Source: an uncultured delta proteobacterium
GTDB taxonomy: Bacteria > Desulfobacterota > Binatia > UBA9968
Assembly (NCBI GenBank): GCA_963745035.1
Contig: CAVUVW010000013.1
Span: forward strand, 1,536,001 to 1,600,000
Length of the DNA stretch: 64,000 bases
Direction: 5' to 3'
This document shows, piece by piece, positions 39,956 to 52,428 of this stretch; position 1 is the stretch's first letter; each line of letters begins with the position of its first letter. The position numbers and the translations under genes were made by a program. The notes beneath the pieces were generated by a model, which did not search any database, had not been told where the DNA came from, and saw only the letters and a program-made list of their open reading frames with translations.

Positions 39956-40715
39956 ATGATTCAACTCATCAACCTCACCAAACATTACGGCAAAGTGGCC
40001 GCCGTCGATGGACTCGACCTCGAAGTCCCTGCGGGCCAGATCTTCGGCTTTCTCGGCCCCAACGGCGCCGGCAAGACGACCACCATCCGCGTCATGATGG
40101 GCATCCTGAAGGCGACTTCCGGACAGCGTGCTGCTCGACGGCCATGACGTCGTGAGCGAAGCGCAGAAAGCCAAGGCGCTCGCCGGCTTTATTCCCGACC
40201 GGCCGTTTATCTACGAGAAACTCAGCGGCAGCGAATTCCTGCAATTTGTCGGCAAGCTGCACCGCTTGGAAAACGAGAAGCTCAGCCGGCGCATCGCCGA
40301 GCTTCTGGAGCACTTGGAGCTCTCACATTGGAAGGACGAGCTGGTCGAGAGCTATTCGCACGGCATGAAGCAGCGGCTGATCGTCTGCGCCGCCTTGATT
40401 CATCAACCGCGCATCCTTGTCGTCGACGAGCCGATGGTCGGCATGGACCCCAAGGGAGCGCGCACGATCAAGGACCTCTTCTGCTCGCTTTCGAAGAACG
40501 GCACCACCATGTTTCTCTCGACCCACAGCATCAGCGTTGCCGAAGAGATCTGCCACCGCATCGGTATCATCCAAAAAGGCCGGCTGATCGCCTGCGGCAC
40601 GATGAACGAGCTGCATGACCGGGCAGCCGGTCGGCACGGCAACCTCGAAAGCGTGTTCCTCGAGTTGACCCGCGAGCAGGAGCGCAATGCGATCGCGGCG
40701 GAGTTCCGGGGATGA
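39956..40715 (+). CDS. ABC transporter ATP-binding protein (frameshift near 40125)
   Basis: GPNGAGKTT, YSHGMKQR, ILVVDEP, FLSTH. Confidence 0.9.
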
Positions 40716-42404
40716 CCTCCATCGCGCTGCTGCTTTCTCCGGTTTGGCTGTCCTGGAAAAACAACTTCTTCCGCGGCGGAGGTTCTTGGGCGCGCCGGCT
40801 TCTCCTGGTTGCGCTTGCAGCCGGATTCTGGGTCGGCACTTTCCTGGTGATCCGCCGGGTGCTGCGCTACTTCGAGACCGTCTTCGATCTTGGACCAGGG
40901 CTCGCCTATCAGCTCCTGCTTGATCATCCTGCTGACCTTCTTATCTATGCTGCTATTCAGCAATCTTGTCGCGTCGCTCTCGACCTTCTTTCTCGCGCGC
41001 GACCTGGAGCTGCTGCATGCGACGCCGGTGGCGCGGAGTTCCTTTTTCTATGCGCGTCTGATCAACACCACGGTCAACTCGTCCTGGATGGTGCTGTTTT
41101 TCAGCTTGCCGGTTTTTGCCGCTTACGGCGCGGTGTTCGGCGGAGGCGTGATCCTCTACCTCTGGGTCGCGCTGATCTTGCCGCTCTTTCTGGTGATTCC
41201 CGCGGCAGCGAGCATTTTGAGCACGCACCTGTTGGTCTATTTTCTTCCCGCCAAACGGATTCGCGATATTCTTTTTTTCATCGGCCTGCTTGCTTTTATC
41301 GTCATGTACTTTCTCTTCCGGCTCTCCCAGCCGGAGCGCCTCGTGCAGCCGGAGTCGTTCGGCAATTTCATGCAGTTCCTCCAGGCCATGGAAACACCGT
41401 CGTCGCCGTATTTACCGAGCAGTTGGTCGGCCGAAATCTTAGCCGGCACGTTGTTCAATCGCGATACCGAGCAGTTTTTTTTCTTTGCCATGCTTTCGAG
41501 CTACGCGCTCTTTCTGCCGTTGGCGACCTGCTGGGTCTGCGGCAAAATATATTTGGACGGCTGGTCCAAGGCTCAGGAGTCGCGCCAGGGCCGGCGCAAA
41601 ATCGTCTGGATCGACCGCACGCTCGAGCAGCTCACGAGGGTGTTTCCCGCGCAGATCCGCGCCCTGATGATCAAGGACATCAAAACGTTCCTGCGCGATA
41701 CGACGCAATGGTCGCAGCTTTTTCTGTTGGCGGCGTTGATCGTCGTCTATCTCTATAACTTCAAAGTCCTGCCGCTCGACCGCTCGCCCATGCCCGCGGG
41801 CACCCTCCGTACCCTCGTTTCCTTCGCCAATCTGGCGCTCGCCGGTTTTGTCTTGAGCGCCGTCGCCGTACGCTTTGCCTTCCCCGCAGTCAGCTTGGAA
41901 GGAAAGGCTTTCTGGATTTTACAAAGCGCGCCGATCTCGCTGCGCGCGCTCCTCTGGAGCAAATTCTGGTTGATTTCGGTTCCTCTGCTCGTCTTGGGGG
42001 AATTGCTCGTTTTCCTCAGCAATCTGTTGCTGCAGGTACCGCCCTGGATGATGGCGCTCTCGCTCATCACGATTTGCCTGATGACCTTCGGCATCGCCGC
42101 CATCGGCGTCGCCTTTGGCGCGCTCTACCCGAATTTCAACTATGAGAACGCCGCGGAGATCCCGACAAGCTTCGGCGGCGCGGTCTCGATGATCGTGAGC
42201 ATCGCCTTCATCGCTTTGATTGTAATGATCGAAGCCTGGCCGATCTATCAGATCGCCAGCGCTTCTCTGCGCCGCGGCTCCTTAAGCGCGCCGACGGTCT
42301 CGACGATTGCCCCGTCCCTGGCTATCGTTGCGGCCTTGACCGCCGCCGTGATAGCGGTTTCCTTGCGAGCCGGCATTCGACGGCTCGAACAACTCAAAGG
42401 CTAA
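40712..42404 (+). CDS. Putative ABC-2 type permease (frameshift near 40920)
   Basis: Many TM segments, RDLELLHATPV, KDIKTFLRD, SLEGKAFWIL; overlaps the ATPase stop. Confidence 0.8.
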
Positions 42405-42423
42405 ATACTCTTCCGGAGGATTC

Positions 42424-43084
42424 GTGGAGCTCATTCATACGCTGTATCAACCGGCGGGCGCCGGACCATTTCCGTCGATTTTGACTTTGCACGGCCGCGG
42501 CGCCAACGCCTTCGACTTGCTCGGCCTGGCGCCCTATCTCTGCGCCGGCAAGTTCATGCTGATCTGCCCGCAAGCGCCCTTGGAAACACCCATCGGTCCC
42601 GAGGCGGTCGGCTACGCTTGGTATCCGATGAGCAGCGGCCGCATGCCCGATGTCGAGGCGATGGTGAGCTCGCAGAGGAAGCTCCAGGCATTCCTCGACC
42701 AGTGTTCGAACAACGTACCCGATCGATCCCAAGAAACTAGCTGTGCTCGGCTTCAGCCAGGGCGGCGTCATGTCTTACAGCCTTGCGCTACCCAATCCTC
42801 AGCGCTTTGCAGCGCTCGCGGTGTTGAGTAGCTGGCTGCCGAAAGAGTTGCTGCAGCGCCTGAATGTCACCGACGCGGCGCAGTCCTTGCCCACTCTTGT
42901 GCAGCACGGCACCGACGATCCGATGATTGAAGTCGCTCGCGCGCGCAGCTCAGTCGAGACCTTGCGCGAACTGAACGTGCCGCTGACTTTTCGGGAATAT
43001 CCAATGGGCCATGAAATAGGCGCGCGCAGCCTCGCTGATTTGTCGGCTTGGCTGGAAGAGAAGGTACTGCGGGCCCGCGGATAG
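42424..43084 (+). CDS. Phospholipase/carboxylesterase (frameshifted)
   Basis: TLHGRGAN, GFSQGG, QHGTDD, YPMGH. Confidence 0.85.
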
Positions 43085-43116
43085 AAAAAAAGGGGCGACC
43101 AGCCGGTCGCCCCTAC
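43085..43116 (-). terminator. GTAG-type REP hairpin doubling as intrinsic terminator of htpX
   Basis: Minus strand GTAGGGGCGACC-GGCT-GGTCGCCCC followed by T7. Confidence 0.75.
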
Positions 43117-43152
43117 GTCAATTTTGCCTTTGAACCTAGAACCGGCGCGCCA

Positions 43153-44031
43153 CTAAGCGCGCATGTAGCTCATACTCGTCGACATCGCCTCAAGCCGGCG
43201 GATGCGCTCTTCCATCGCCGGATGCGTGCTGAAAAGACTGGCCAAGCCTCTGCCCGTCAGCGGATTCACGATGAACATGTGCGCGGTGGAATTCGCCGTC
43301 GCGTCGCTCACCTGGAGCGGAATGTTCTGCGCGCCCATGTGGAGCTTGCGCAGCGCGCTCGCCAACGCCAGCGGGTCGCCGGTCACCTTTGCGCCGCCTT
43401 CGTCCGCCATGTATTCGCGCGAGCGCGACACCGCCATCTGGATCAGCATCGCCGCGAGCGGCGCGACGATGATCATGAACAGCAGGCCGAAAATATTGCT
43501 GCCGCCTTCCTCGCGGTCGCGGCTGCCGCCGCCGAAGATCGCCGCCCACTGGGCCATGTGCGCCAGATAGGTGATGGCGCCGGCCAGAGTCGCCGCAATC
43601 GAGCTGACGAGAATATCGCGGTTCTTGACGTGGCTCAGCTCGTGCCCCAAGACTCCGGCGAGCTCGCGCTTGTTGAGGATGCGCCGGATGCCGTAAGTAA
43701 CGGCCACCGCCGCGTGCTGGGGATTGCGCCCGGTCGCGAACGCGTTGGGCGTCTCCTCGGGAATCACGTAAACCTTGGGCATCGGCAGGCCAGCCCTTCC
43801 GGCCAAATCCTGCACGATTCCATAGAGCTCAGGATCATCGTTGGCGGTGATTTCCTGGCCGCCGTACATTTTGAGAACAATCTTGTCACTGAACCAGTAG
43901 CTGAAAAAATTCATCCCGCCGGCCAGAATCAGCGCCAGCACGGCGCCGTTGGGGCCGCCGAACATATGACCGATCCAGACGACCAGCGCCGTCAAAACCG
44001 CCAGGAGAATCGTGGTTCGGAAACCATTCAT
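43153..44031 (-). CDS. htpX: Zinc metalloprotease HtpX
   Basis: [30 protein letters not shown]. Confidence 0.95.
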   Translation of the reverse strand: MNGFRTTILLAVLTALVVWIGHMFGGPNGAVLALILAGGMNFFSYWFSDKIVLKMYGGQEITANDDPELYGIVQDLAGRAGLPMPKVYVIPEETPNAFATGRNPQHAAVAVTYGIRRILNKRELAGVLGHELSHVKNRDILVSSIAATLAGAITYLAHMAQWAAIFGGGSRDREEGGSNIFGLLFMIIVAPLAAMLIQMAVSRSREYMADEGGAKVTGDPLALASALRKLHMGAQNIPLQVSDATANSTAHMFIVNPLTGRGLASLFSTHPAMEERIRRLEAMSTSMSYMRA

Positions 44032-44172
44032 TGGATTTTCCCCCTTTTGAGATATCCTATGTATACGAAACCTTAAGTCAAGTTGGGCTTTTAGCCCGCG
44101 GTAACCAATTTGTGTACGAAAAAGCGAAAAATCAAGGGGCTTGGTCAATAACGAATCCCAAAGGAGAGGCTC

Positions 44173-45045
44173 ATGCATATCGGCGTCGTCTTTCCTCAGA
44201 CTGAAATCGGCAGTGACCCTGCTGTGCTCAAAGCTTACGCCCAGACGGCCGAAGAGCTCGGCTATTCACACCTTCTCGCCTACGATCACGTGATCGGCGC
44301 CAATCCCGCGAGCCGACCCGGCTGGCGACCGCCTTATACCCACTTGGACCCGTTTCATGAGCCGCTGGTTCTGTTCGGCTATCTGGCCGGTCTGACGAAG
44401 CGGCTGGAACTCGTCACCGGCATTATCATCCTGCCGCAGCGGCAAACCGTTTTGGTCGCCAAGCAATCCGCGGAAGTCGATGTCTTGAGCGGCGGGCGGC
44501 TGCGCCTGGGCGTCGGCATCGGCTGGAACCCGGTGGAATACGAAGCTCTCGGCGAAAACTTCAAAAACCGCGGCCGGCGCTCCGAGGAGCAAGTCGAGCT
44601 GCTGCGCAAGCTGTGGACCGAAGAGCTGGTCACGTTCAACGGCCGCTGGCACAAAATCACCGACGCCGGCATCAATCCGCTGCCCGTGCAGCGGCCGATT
44701 CCGATCTGGTTCGGCGGCAGCGACGATCGCGCGTTGCGCCGTCTCGCCCGCCTGGGCGACGGCTGGTTTCCGCTCGTGGGCCCGGATGAACGATGCCGCG
44801 GGATGATCGAAACGATCCGGAGCTATGCGAAAGAGGCCGGCCGCGACCCGAGCGCGATCGGCATCGAAGGACGGATCGGCTACGGCGAGGGATCGGCGCA
44901 GACATGGCTCAAGGAACTTGAGGCGTGGAAGAAACTCGGCGCCACCCATGTGAGTCTCAACACGATGAAAGCCGGCCTGGGAACCCCCGCCGCCCACATC
45001 GACGCCATCCGCCGCTTCCAGACCGCCACCGCGGGCGCATGGTAA
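44173..45045 (+). CDS. LLM class (probably F420-dependent) oxidoreductase
   Basis: [43 protein letters not shown]. Confidence 0.85.
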   Translation: MHIGVVFPQTEIGSDPAVLKAYAQTAEELGYSHLLAYDHVIGANPASRPGWRPPYTHLDPFHEPLVLFGYLAGLTKRLELVTGIIILPQRQTVLVAKQSAEVDVLSGGRLRLGVGIGWNPVEYEALGENFKNRGRRSEEQVELLRKLWTEELVTFNGRWHKITDAGINPLPVQRPIPIWFGGSDDRALRRLARLGDGWFPLVGPDERCRGMIETIRSYAKEAGRDPSAIGIEGRIGYGEGSAQTWLKELEAWKKLGATHVSLNTMKAGLGTPAAHIDAIRRFQTATAGAW

Positions 45046-45184
45046 AAGACGGGTCCGTCTCGCAAACCACGAATTTGCTGCGTGGTCACGGCCATTGTAT
45101 CTGAAAATCTTCCCTTCGCCTCTTTTCCAAAGAGGGGTTTAGAACCGCCGGATAGCTTTCATCTCAGTGCAAGAAGTGTGTGTC

Positions 45185-45300
45185 AGAGTGTCATTCCGAG
45201 GGCCTTCGTCGCGCTCAGGATAAACTCCGCCGAAGAATCTGTTTTTTAGGCCAGCGGAGAAGCAGATCTTCGCGGACTCATCTTGACCGAAGGACTGCGT
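45185..45300. repeat. Second copy of the 7920-8051 palindromic element family
   Basis: AGAGTGTCATTCCGAGGGCCTTCGTCGCGCTCAGGATAAACTCCGCCGAAGAATCTG matches the reverse complement of about 7995-8051. Confidence 0.7.
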
Positions 45301-45345
45301 CGGTTATCGATGAAACTTCTGAAACCCGAAACTCCCACGGAACGT

Positions 45346-46440
45346 CTAGCGCATCGCCGTGCCGTGATCGCCGGCCTTGTCGAGCCACACGCGCAGCGCT
45401 TCAAAAGGCTCGCGTTCTTTTTTCACGGCGTCGCGCATGACACCGATGGTGCGGCGCAGATTGCGGTCGCATTTTTGGTAGAGCGCCTCGAAAAGCGCGA
45501 GGTCCTTCAGATAGACGATGTAGTGCATCAGCGCGGCGTTGTTGAGCGGCTGCTGGCTGAACCCGCGAAAGCGGTGCAGCGGCCGGTCGGCGATGCGCCG
45601 CGCCCACTCCGCTTTGCTGCGCGCGAACACTTCTTCGCGCAGGCGCAGCTTGTCGTCGCGCGACAGATCGCCGGCGTAGAGCGCGGCGAGGTCGCGCGCG
45701 ACCTCGCCGATGAACGCGCCGAACTCTCGTTCTTCTTCCCACAAAAGAACTGCGCGCCGGTGCTCGGCGCTGTCCTCGCCGAACTTTTCGCGAAAAAACT
45801 CGATGGCCGCGCGATGGCCGGCGAAGTTGGCCGAGCTTTCGTTAAAGGCGCCGGCGCCGCTGATGTAGAGCGTGTTGTGAAACAGCTCGTGAAAAACGAT
45901 TTCGCTCAGCAGCACCTTGTCGTATTTGAGCAGGTGCGAGAGCAGCGGGTCGTCGAACCAGCCGAGAGTGCTGAAAGCGGCCGAAGTGCGCAGCGTGGTG
46001 TCGTAGCCTTCGGCCTTCAGCCGCTCGATTTCCGCCTCCGCTTCCGCCTTGGAAAAATAGCCCCGGTAGGGCACGCTGCCGACGATCAGAAACCACCATG
46101 TGTACGGCCGCAGCTCTGTCTTGGGTGCAGCGACGACGACGTAGGTGAGATCGGCGCGATCGACGTAGGAATAGCTGGCGTAGCTGCCGCCGACGTTGAA
46201 GTCGAGCCGATCGCGCGCATACTCGCGCGCCGCCAGCACCAGGCGCAATTTCTCCTGGGTCTCCGGCGTCACCTCGGGATTTTGCAGCAAGTCGGCGATC
46301 GGCTCGCGCCGCCAGAGAATCTTGCCCTCCTCGTAGGCGGCGCGCATGACGTAGAGCGGCGAACAGGCGGATAGGAGCGCGGCGGCGGCAAGCCCCGCGA
46401 CTCCAAACTTCGTGTAGCGCCGCAGGCGGCGCGAACCCAA
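45346..46440 (-). CDS. Putative zinc aminopeptidase lipoprotein (DUF2265-like)
   Basis: LSAC lipobox, VPYRGYF, FSTLGWFDDP, FHELFH, FNES. Confidence 0.8.
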   Translation of the reverse strand: MGSRRLRRYTKFGVAGLAAAALLSACSPLYVMRAAYEEGKILWRREPIADLLQNPEVTPETQEKLRLVLAAREYARDRLDFNVGGSYASYSYVDRADLTYVVVAAPKTELRPYTWWFLIVGSVPYRGYFSKAEAEAEIERLKAEGYDTTLRTSAAFSTLGWFDDPLLSHLLKYDKVLLSEIVFHELFHNTLYISGAGAFNESSANFAGHRAAIEFFREKFGEDSAEHRRAVLLWEEEREFGAFIGEVARDLAALYAGDLSRDDKLRLREEVFARSKAEWARRIADRPLHRFRGFSQQPLNNAALMHYIVYLKDLALFEALYQKCDRNLRRTIGVMRDAVKKEREPFEALRVWLDKAGDHGTAMR

Positions 46441-46478
46441 AGCCGCTGCGCGGTGCCGGCGCTCTGCTTTCGCTCCCG

Positions 46479-48299
46479 CTAGGCATTTGCTTTGAACGCC
46501 GCCGTTTCTTGGGCTCCCAACTGCAACTCCTCGCGCTCGTACTGCAACTGGTAGAGCCGGTGGTAAATGCCGCCCAGCTCCATCAACTCGGCGTGAGAGC
46601 CGACCTCGCGCACCTCGCCGTGGTGCAGCACGATGATGCGGTCGGCGTTGCGAATGGTCGAGAGCCGGTGCGCGATCAGGAGGCAGGTCCGGTTGCGCAT
46701 GACTTTTTCGAGCGCGTCCTGGATCAATCCTTCGGTCTCGGAATCGATGCTCGAAGTCGCCTCGTCCATGACCAGGATCTCCGGCCGGTAGACCAGCACC
46801 CGAGCAAGCGAAAGCAGCTGACGCTCGCCGCCGGAGAAATTGCTGCCGCGCTCGCGCACACGCGCGCCGTAGCCGCCGGGCAGCCGGCGGATGAAAGCAT
46901 CGGCGTTGGCGATCCGCGCCGCCTCTTCGATCCGTTCCAGCGGAATCGTCGGATCGCCGAGCGCGAGATTGGCGCGCACGTCGCCGGAAAACAAGAACAC
47001 ATCCTGCAAGACTACACCGATATGGCGGCGCAGCGCGCGCACATCCCAGTCGCGCACGTCGACCCCGCCGACTTTAATCGAGCCTTTTTCGATATCGTAG
47101 GAACGGTTGAGCAGCTTGATCGTCGTGGTTTTTCCCGAGCCGGTGGCGCCGACCACAGCGACGCGCTCGCCCGCTTCGATGCGAAACGACACGCCTTTCA
47201 ACACCGGCGCGTCGGCTTTGTAGCGAAACCAGACGTCGTCGAAGACCACCTCGCCGCGAAACGGCTTGGGCACCGAAGCCCTCGCGGGCGTGCGAATGTC
47301 CACCGGCGTATCGAGCAACTGAAAGATTCTTTCCGCCGATGCCATGGCCGACTGCATCACGGCGTATTTCTGGCTAAATTCGCGCAGCGGCACGAAGAAG
47401 CGGTGCAGGTACTCTTTGAACGCGACCAGCGTGCCGATGCCGATGGCGCCGTGCAGCACCTCGCCGCCGCCGTACCAGAGCAGCAAACCGACGCTCACCG
47501 CGCCGGCGGCTTCGACCATCGAGTAGAGCGCCGCTTCGTACAGGTTGGAGAGGTGATATGCGTCGCGATGGTCGGCGTTGAGGTCGTCGAACTCGCGAAA
47601 AGTCTTCTCTTCCCGGGCGAAGAGTTGAATCACCGCCATGCCGGAAATCGCCTCGCCGAGATACGCGTTGATGCGCGCGATGCGCTCGCGAATCTGCCGG
47701 TAGGTCTGGCGCGCCTTGACGCGGAAAAAGTTGATCGCGACGGCCATCGGCGGGATCAAGGCCAACGAGACCAGCGCCAGATCGACGTCGAGATAAAACA
47801 TGATGCCGATGATCCAGGCGACCATGATGAAATCGGCGACCAAAGTGACCACGCCCGAGGAAAACATCTCCTGCAGCACGTCGATATCGGTGGTCATGCG
47901 CGTCACCAGCCGGCCCACCGGATTGCGGTCGAAGTAGCCCATCTGGAGCTTTTGCACGTGCGCGAAGACCGCCACCCGCAAGTCGGCGAGACAGCGCTGC
48001 GCCACCAGCATGGCGAGATAATAGTGCGCGAACGCTGCGATCGTCTCGCCGACGAGCGCGCCCAAAAACAGCAGCATGACGTTCTGCAGACCCCACAGAT
48101 CTTTGCTCGCGATATACTGATCGATGCCGACCTTCATCAAGTAGGGCTGCGCCAGACCGAAGCCCTGCTGCAGCGGCAGCAGCAGCAGGCTCAAGAAGAA
48201 CAGCCGCTTGTAGGGAAGAATGAACCGCCAGAGCCGTTTGATCAGCCGGAAATCATAGGCTTTGCCGAGGATCTCTTCGGGGTGCGCTGCCTGGGCCAT
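46479..48299 (-). CDS. ABC exporter ATP-binding/permease (MdlB-like)
   Basis: TMD, GATGSGKTT, FSGGERQ, VMDEATS. Confidence 0.9.
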   Translation of the reverse strand: MAQAAHPEEILGKAYDFRLIKRLWRFILPYKRLFFLSLLLLPLQQGFGLAQPYLMKVGIDQYIASKDLWGLQNVMLLFLGALVGETIAAFAHYYLAMLVAQRCLADLRVAVFAHVQKLQMGYFDRNPVGRLVTRMTTDIDVLQEMFSSGVVTLVADFIMVAWIIGIMFYLDVDLALVSLALIPPMAVAINFFRVKARQTYRQIRERIARINAYLGEAISGMAVIQLFAREEKTFREFDDLNADHRDAYHLSNLYEAALYSMVEAAGAVSVGLLLWYGGGEVLHGAIGIGTLVAFKEYLHRFFVPLREFSQKYAVMQSAMASAERIFQLLDTPVDIRTPARASVPKPFRGEVVFDDVWFRYKADAPVLKGVSFRIEAGERVAVVGATGSGKTTTIKLLNRSYDIEKGSIKVGGVDVRDWDVRALRRHIGVVLQDVFLFSGDVRANLALGDPTIPLERIEEAARIANADAFIRRLPGGYGARVRERGSNFSGGERQLLSLARVLVYRPEILVMDEATSSIDSETEGLIQDALEKVMRNRTCLLIAHRLSTIRNADRIIVLHHGEVREVGSHAELMELGGIYHRLYQLQYEREELQLGAQETAAFKANA

Positions 48300-50039
48300 C
48301 TAGATTTGTTCCAGCTCCTCGCTCAGCCGCTGCTGCTGGTAGAGCTCGGCGTAGAGGCCGCCGCGCCGCGCCAGCTCGTCATGGCTGCCGCGCTCGATGA
48401 TCCTGCCCTCATCGAGCACGAGAATCTCGTCGGCCTCTTTGACGGCCGAGATCCGATGCGAAATGATCAGACAGGTTTTTTCCTTGAGGATGGCGCGCAG
48501 CTCGTGCAGAATTTCCGCCTCCGTCTGTGCATCGACGCTGGAAAGACAATCATCGAGAATCAACACCGGCGGATCGGTGATCAGCGCCCGCGCCAGGGTG
48601 GCGCGCTGTTTCTGTCCGCCCGAAAGAGTGACGCCGCGCTCGCCGACGATGGTGTCCAAGCCGTGGGGAAAGACCTCCAAATCGCGATCGAGGCTGGCGA
48701 TCTTCACGGCGCGCGCGATCTCTTCCGCGCTGCACCCGTCACGGCCAAAGATCAGGTTGCTTTTGAGCGATGTGGAAAACAGAAACGGCTCCTGGGGCAC
48801 GTAGCCGATCATCCTGCGCAGCTCGCCGAGCGGCAGCGCGCGGATATCCCGGCCGTCCATCAGAATGGCGCCCGATGACGCATCGAAGAGCCGCGGCACA
48901 AGCTGCGCGAGCGTGCTCTTGCCTGAGCCTACCCGCCCGACCAGCCCCACCGAGCGCCCCACCGGCAGCTTGAAATCGACGCTGTCGAGGGCCGGGTGGC
49001 CGTTTCTTTGCCGCTCGTAGATGAACGATACGTCGCGAAACTCGATGGCGTTTTTGAGCGCGTGGCTTTCGCCGCTCTCCGCTTGGTCGACGATCTCCGG
49101 TTTGCTTTCGAGAATCTCTTCGAGACGGCGCATGGCCGCGCGGCCGCGCTCGACCAGCGATAGCATCCAGCCGAACGCCGCCGTCGGCCAAGCCAACACG
49201 TTCAGATAGGCGATAAAGGCGACGATATCGGCGACCAGCAGATCGCCGCGCAGCACGCGCACGCCGCCGTACCAGATCACGATCAGCACGGTCAGCCCGT
49301 TGATGCCTTGCATGATCGGGTTGACGATGCCGCGCATCTTCGCCATTTCCATGCTTTTGACTTCGTAGTCCTTGTTGAGCGCGATAAATTGCTGGGTCTG
49401 GAAATCTTCCTGGGCGTAGGCTTTGACGACGTGCATGCCGCTCAGATTTTCCTGCACGTGGCTGCTCAACACCGACATCTGCTGCTGTACTTCGAGCGAG
49501 CTCTTGAGAATCCGGCCGCGAAACTTGCGCGCCGCGTACATGAGCAGCGGAAACGGCGCCAGCGCCGCGAGCGTCATGCGCACGTCCATCGACAGCATCA
49601 GCGCCACGGCGTAGACGTAATACAGCGGCGCGTTGACGAAATTGAGCACGCCCGGACCGAGCATCACGCGCACCGCGGAAATGTCGTTGATCACCCGCGA
49701 CATCAGGTCGCCGGTCCTTTGCCGGTGATAGTAGGCCGGCGCCAGCTTTTGCAGGTGGGCGAAGAGATCGTTGCGCAAATCGTACTCGATGTTGCGCCCG
49801 GCATTGAAGATCAGCGCCCGCGACCAGGTGCGCACGACACCCTGCAGAACCGCGGCAGCGATGATCAGCACGGCGTAATAGACCGCGTCGGACGCCGGAC
49901 CGCCGTGCTCGATGATGCGCACCGCCTCGCGAATCCACCAGGGGATCCACATGACCAGAGTCGCCGTGCCGAGCAGGCAGAGTCCGCCGAGGAGGTATTG
50001 GCGCCGGTAGCGCCGTAGGTAGCCGACCAATCGTCCCAT
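48300..50039 (-). CDS. ABC exporter ATP-binding/permease (MdlA-like)
   Basis: TGDLMSR, GRVGSGKST, LSGGQKQR, ILDDCLS. Confidence 0.9.
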   Translation of the reverse strand: MGRLVGYLRRYRRQYLLGGLCLLGTATLVMWIPWWIREAVRIIEHGGPASDAVYYAVLIIAAAVLQGVVRTWSRALIFNAGRNIEYDLRNDLFAHLQKLAPAYYHRQRTGDLMSRVINDISAVRVMLGPGVLNFVNAPLYYVYAVALMLSMDVRMTLAALAPFPLLMYAARKFRGRILKSSLEVQQQMSVLSSHVQENLSGMHVVKAYAQEDFQTQQFIALNKDYEVKSMEMAKMRGIVNPIMQGINGLTVLIVIWYGGVRVLRGDLLVADIVAFIAYLNVLAWPTAAFGWMLSLVERGRAAMRRLEEILESKPEIVDQAESGESHALKNAIEFRDVSFIYERQRNGHPALDSVDFKLPVGRSVGLVGRVGSGKSTLAQLVPRLFDASSGAILMDGRDIRALPLGELRRMIGYVPQEPFLFSTSLKSNLIFGRDGCSAEEIARAVKIASLDRDLEVFPHGLDTIVGERGVTLSGGQKQRATLARALITDPPVLILDDCLSSVDAQTEAEILHELRAILKEKTCLIISHRISAVKEADEILVLDEGRIIERGSHDELARRGGLYAELYQQQRLSEELEQI

Positions 50040-50164
50040 GAACTTGTTTAAGATACTCTACGGTGTTCCGGCCCGCAACAAAGCGTCGCGAAGCACGAGC
50101 CCTGGAACGCGCCTACGAAGAGCGCGGCTTGACAATGCGGGCACGCTCCCTAATAAACAAGGTG

Positions 50165-51997
50165 ATGCAACCGACTCCGAGCCGCCGCCAAGATATCCGA
50201 AACATCGCCATTATCGCCCACGTCGACCATGGCAAAACGACATTGGTCGACGGCATGCTGCGTCAAAGCGGCATATTTCGCGCCAACGAACATGTCGCCG
50301 ACCGGGTTATGGATTCCATGGACCTCGAACGCGAGCGCGGCATTACGATCATGGCAAAGAATACGACGATTTATTACGGCGAGGTCAAGATCAATATCGT
50401 CGACACGCCCGGCCATGCTGACTTCGGCGGGGAGGTGGAACGGACGCTGGCGATGGTGGACGGCGTCATGTTACTGGTGGACGCTTCCGAAGGTCCGTTG
50501 CCGCAAACCCGCTTCGTTCTCAAGAAAGCTCTCGAAGCCAAACTGACGCCGATTGTCTGTATCAACAAGATCGACCGGCCCGATGCGCGCGTCGACGCCG
50601 TGCTGGACGAGATCTACGATCTCTTCATCGACCTCGATGCCAGCGAAGAGCAGCTCGACTTTCCCGTCGTCTACACCAACGCCCGCGCCGGCACGGCAAC
50701 GCTCGACTTAAAAGCGCCGGGCGCAAATCTCAAACCGATGTTCGAGCTCATCGTGCAGACTTTGCAGGGTCCGGTCGTCGACCCAGCGGTGCCAACCCAG
50801 TTTCAAGCCAACAATCTCGACTACAACGACTACGTCGGGCGGCTCGCCGTCGGGCGAGTTAAGAATGGCACGCTGGCTGCGGGACAGTACACCCTGTGTC
50901 GCTCGGATGGCAGCCAACAACTGGTCAAAATCACGCAGGTCTTTGGCTGGCAGGGACTCAAACGAGTGGAAGTCGAGTCGGCGGGCGCCGGCGATATCGC
51001 CGCCATTGCCGGCATCGAGGACATCGGCATCAGCGACACGATTACCGATCGAGAAAAGCCTCAGGCGCTGCCGCCGCTGCGCATCGATGAACCGACCATC
51101 GCCATGCTCTTCTGCGCCAATAATTCGCCTTGGTCCGGCCGCGAAGGAGAGTTCGTGACTTCACGCAAGTTGCGCGAACGGTTGTTTTTTGAACAACGGC
51201 GCAACGTCAGTCTGCGCGTCGAGGAGACGGCGCAGCCCGACGCATTTCAAGTCACCGGCCGCGGCGAGTTCGCCTTGGCGATCGTGATCGAGACCATGCG
51301 GCGCGAAGGCTACGAACTGATGGTCTCGAAGCCCACCGTCATCACGCGTGAGATCGGCGGCGCGATCAACGAACCGATGGAATTGCTCGTGATCGATATT
51401 CCCGAAGATTTTATCGGCGTCGTGTCGCAGCTTTTAGCCATGCGCAAGGGCAAGATGACCAAAATGATTCACGCCGGCTCAAGCCGGGTGCGCTTGGAAT
51501 TCGCCGTGCCTTCACGAGGCTTGATTGGCTTTCGCTCGCGCTTTCTCACCGATACCCGCGGCACCGGCATCATGAACGCTTTGTTCAATGGCTGGGCGCC
51601 CTGGCATGGCACGATTCAAGCGCGGACGAATGCCGCGATGGTCGCGGACCGCGAGGGTCAAACCACCCCCTATGCGATTTTCCATTTGCAGGAACGCGGC
51701 GTGCTGTTTCTCGCTCCGGGAACCAGGGTTTACGAGGGCATGGTCGTCGGCGAGTATTCACGCGAAAACGATTTGAACGTAAACATTTGCAAGGAGAAAA
51801 AACTCACCAACATGCGCGCCGCCGGCAAGGACGAAAACATCATCATCTCACCGCACCGCGAAATGGGTCTGGAAGAAGGCATCGAGTGGATCGCCGACGA
51901 CGAGTTGGTAGAGGTCACTCCGCAATCGATTCGATTGCGCAAGAAGATCTTGAAGCAATCCGACCGCCCGCGGCGGCGCCACGAGGACGAGGAATAA
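50165..51997 (+). CDS. typA: Translational GTPase TypA/BipA
   Basis: [50 protein letters not shown]. Confidence 0.97.
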   Translation: MQPTPSRRQDIRNIAIIAHVDHGKTTLVDGMLRQSGIFRANEHVADRVMDSMDLERERGITIMAKNTTIYYGEVKINIVDTPGHADFGGEVERTLAMVDGVMLLVDASEGPLPQTRFVLKKALEAKLTPIVCINKIDRPDARVDAVLDEIYDLFIDLDASEEQLDFPVVYTNARAGTATLDLKAPGANLKPMFELIVQTLQGPVVDPAVPTQFQANNLDYNDYVGRLAVGRVKNGTLAAGQYTLCRSDGSQQLVKITQVFGWQGLKRVEVESAGAGDIAAIAGIEDIGISDTITDREKPQALPPLRIDEPTIAMLFCANNSPWSGREGEFVTSRKLRERLFFEQRRNVSLRVEETAQPDAFQVTGRGEFALAIVIETMRREGYELMVSKPTVITREIGGAINEPMELLVIDIPEDFIGVVSQLLAMRKGKMTKMIHAGSSRVRLEFAVPSRGLIGFRSRFLTDTRGTGIMNALFNGWAPWHGTIQARTNAAMVADREGQTTPYAIFHLQERGVLFLAPGTRVYEGMVVGEYSRENDLNVNICKEKKLTNMRAAGKDENIIISPHREMGLEEGIEWIADDELVEVTPQSIRLRKKILKQSDRPRRRHEDEE

Positions 51998-52000
51998 ACC

Positions 52001-52403
52001 CTATTTTTTCTTCTCGGCGCGCGGCGGAACCTTGTCGCAGAATTCCTTTTTGATGAACATGATCGCTATGCCCTCCGATGGCGCTCGCACTTCGACAGCG
52101 GGCCGCGTGCCAGCCTTGAACTCTTTCATCTCGGCCTTGTGCGCGCCACTCGCAGCTTCTCCACTAGCTGTTGCGGGCTCTGAAATGTCATTGTACTCCG
52201 GGCCCCTTCTTCGCCAGAATCGATGTCGGCGCGCACTCTCCTTCACGGCCGGCCAGGAGCCACGGCCCCGGATCTTCTTTCACAACGGGAGGCACTTTGG
52301 TGGTTTTGCTCTTGTCGGGCTGAGCTGCGCCGGCAAATGAGACGCCTCCCGCAAGCAAGAACATCAAAATCCACAGCAGCTTTCCACCTATAAAATCGAT
52401 CAT
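52001..52403 (-). CDS. Hypothetical exported protein (frameshifted)
   Basis: Signal peptide LLWILMFLLAGGVSFAGAA, then WLLAGREGEC...FIKKEFC across ORF pieces. Confidence 0.5.
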
Positions 52404-52428
52404 GCCGAATCTCCGCGCATTGCCAACG

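Noticed and set aside
46509-48878. 789-aa plus-strand ORF and other long antisense ORFs (e.g. 45283-46374, 52921-53985, 60482-61546)
   Set aside because: Shadow frames of well-supported genes in high-GC DNA, with no motifs
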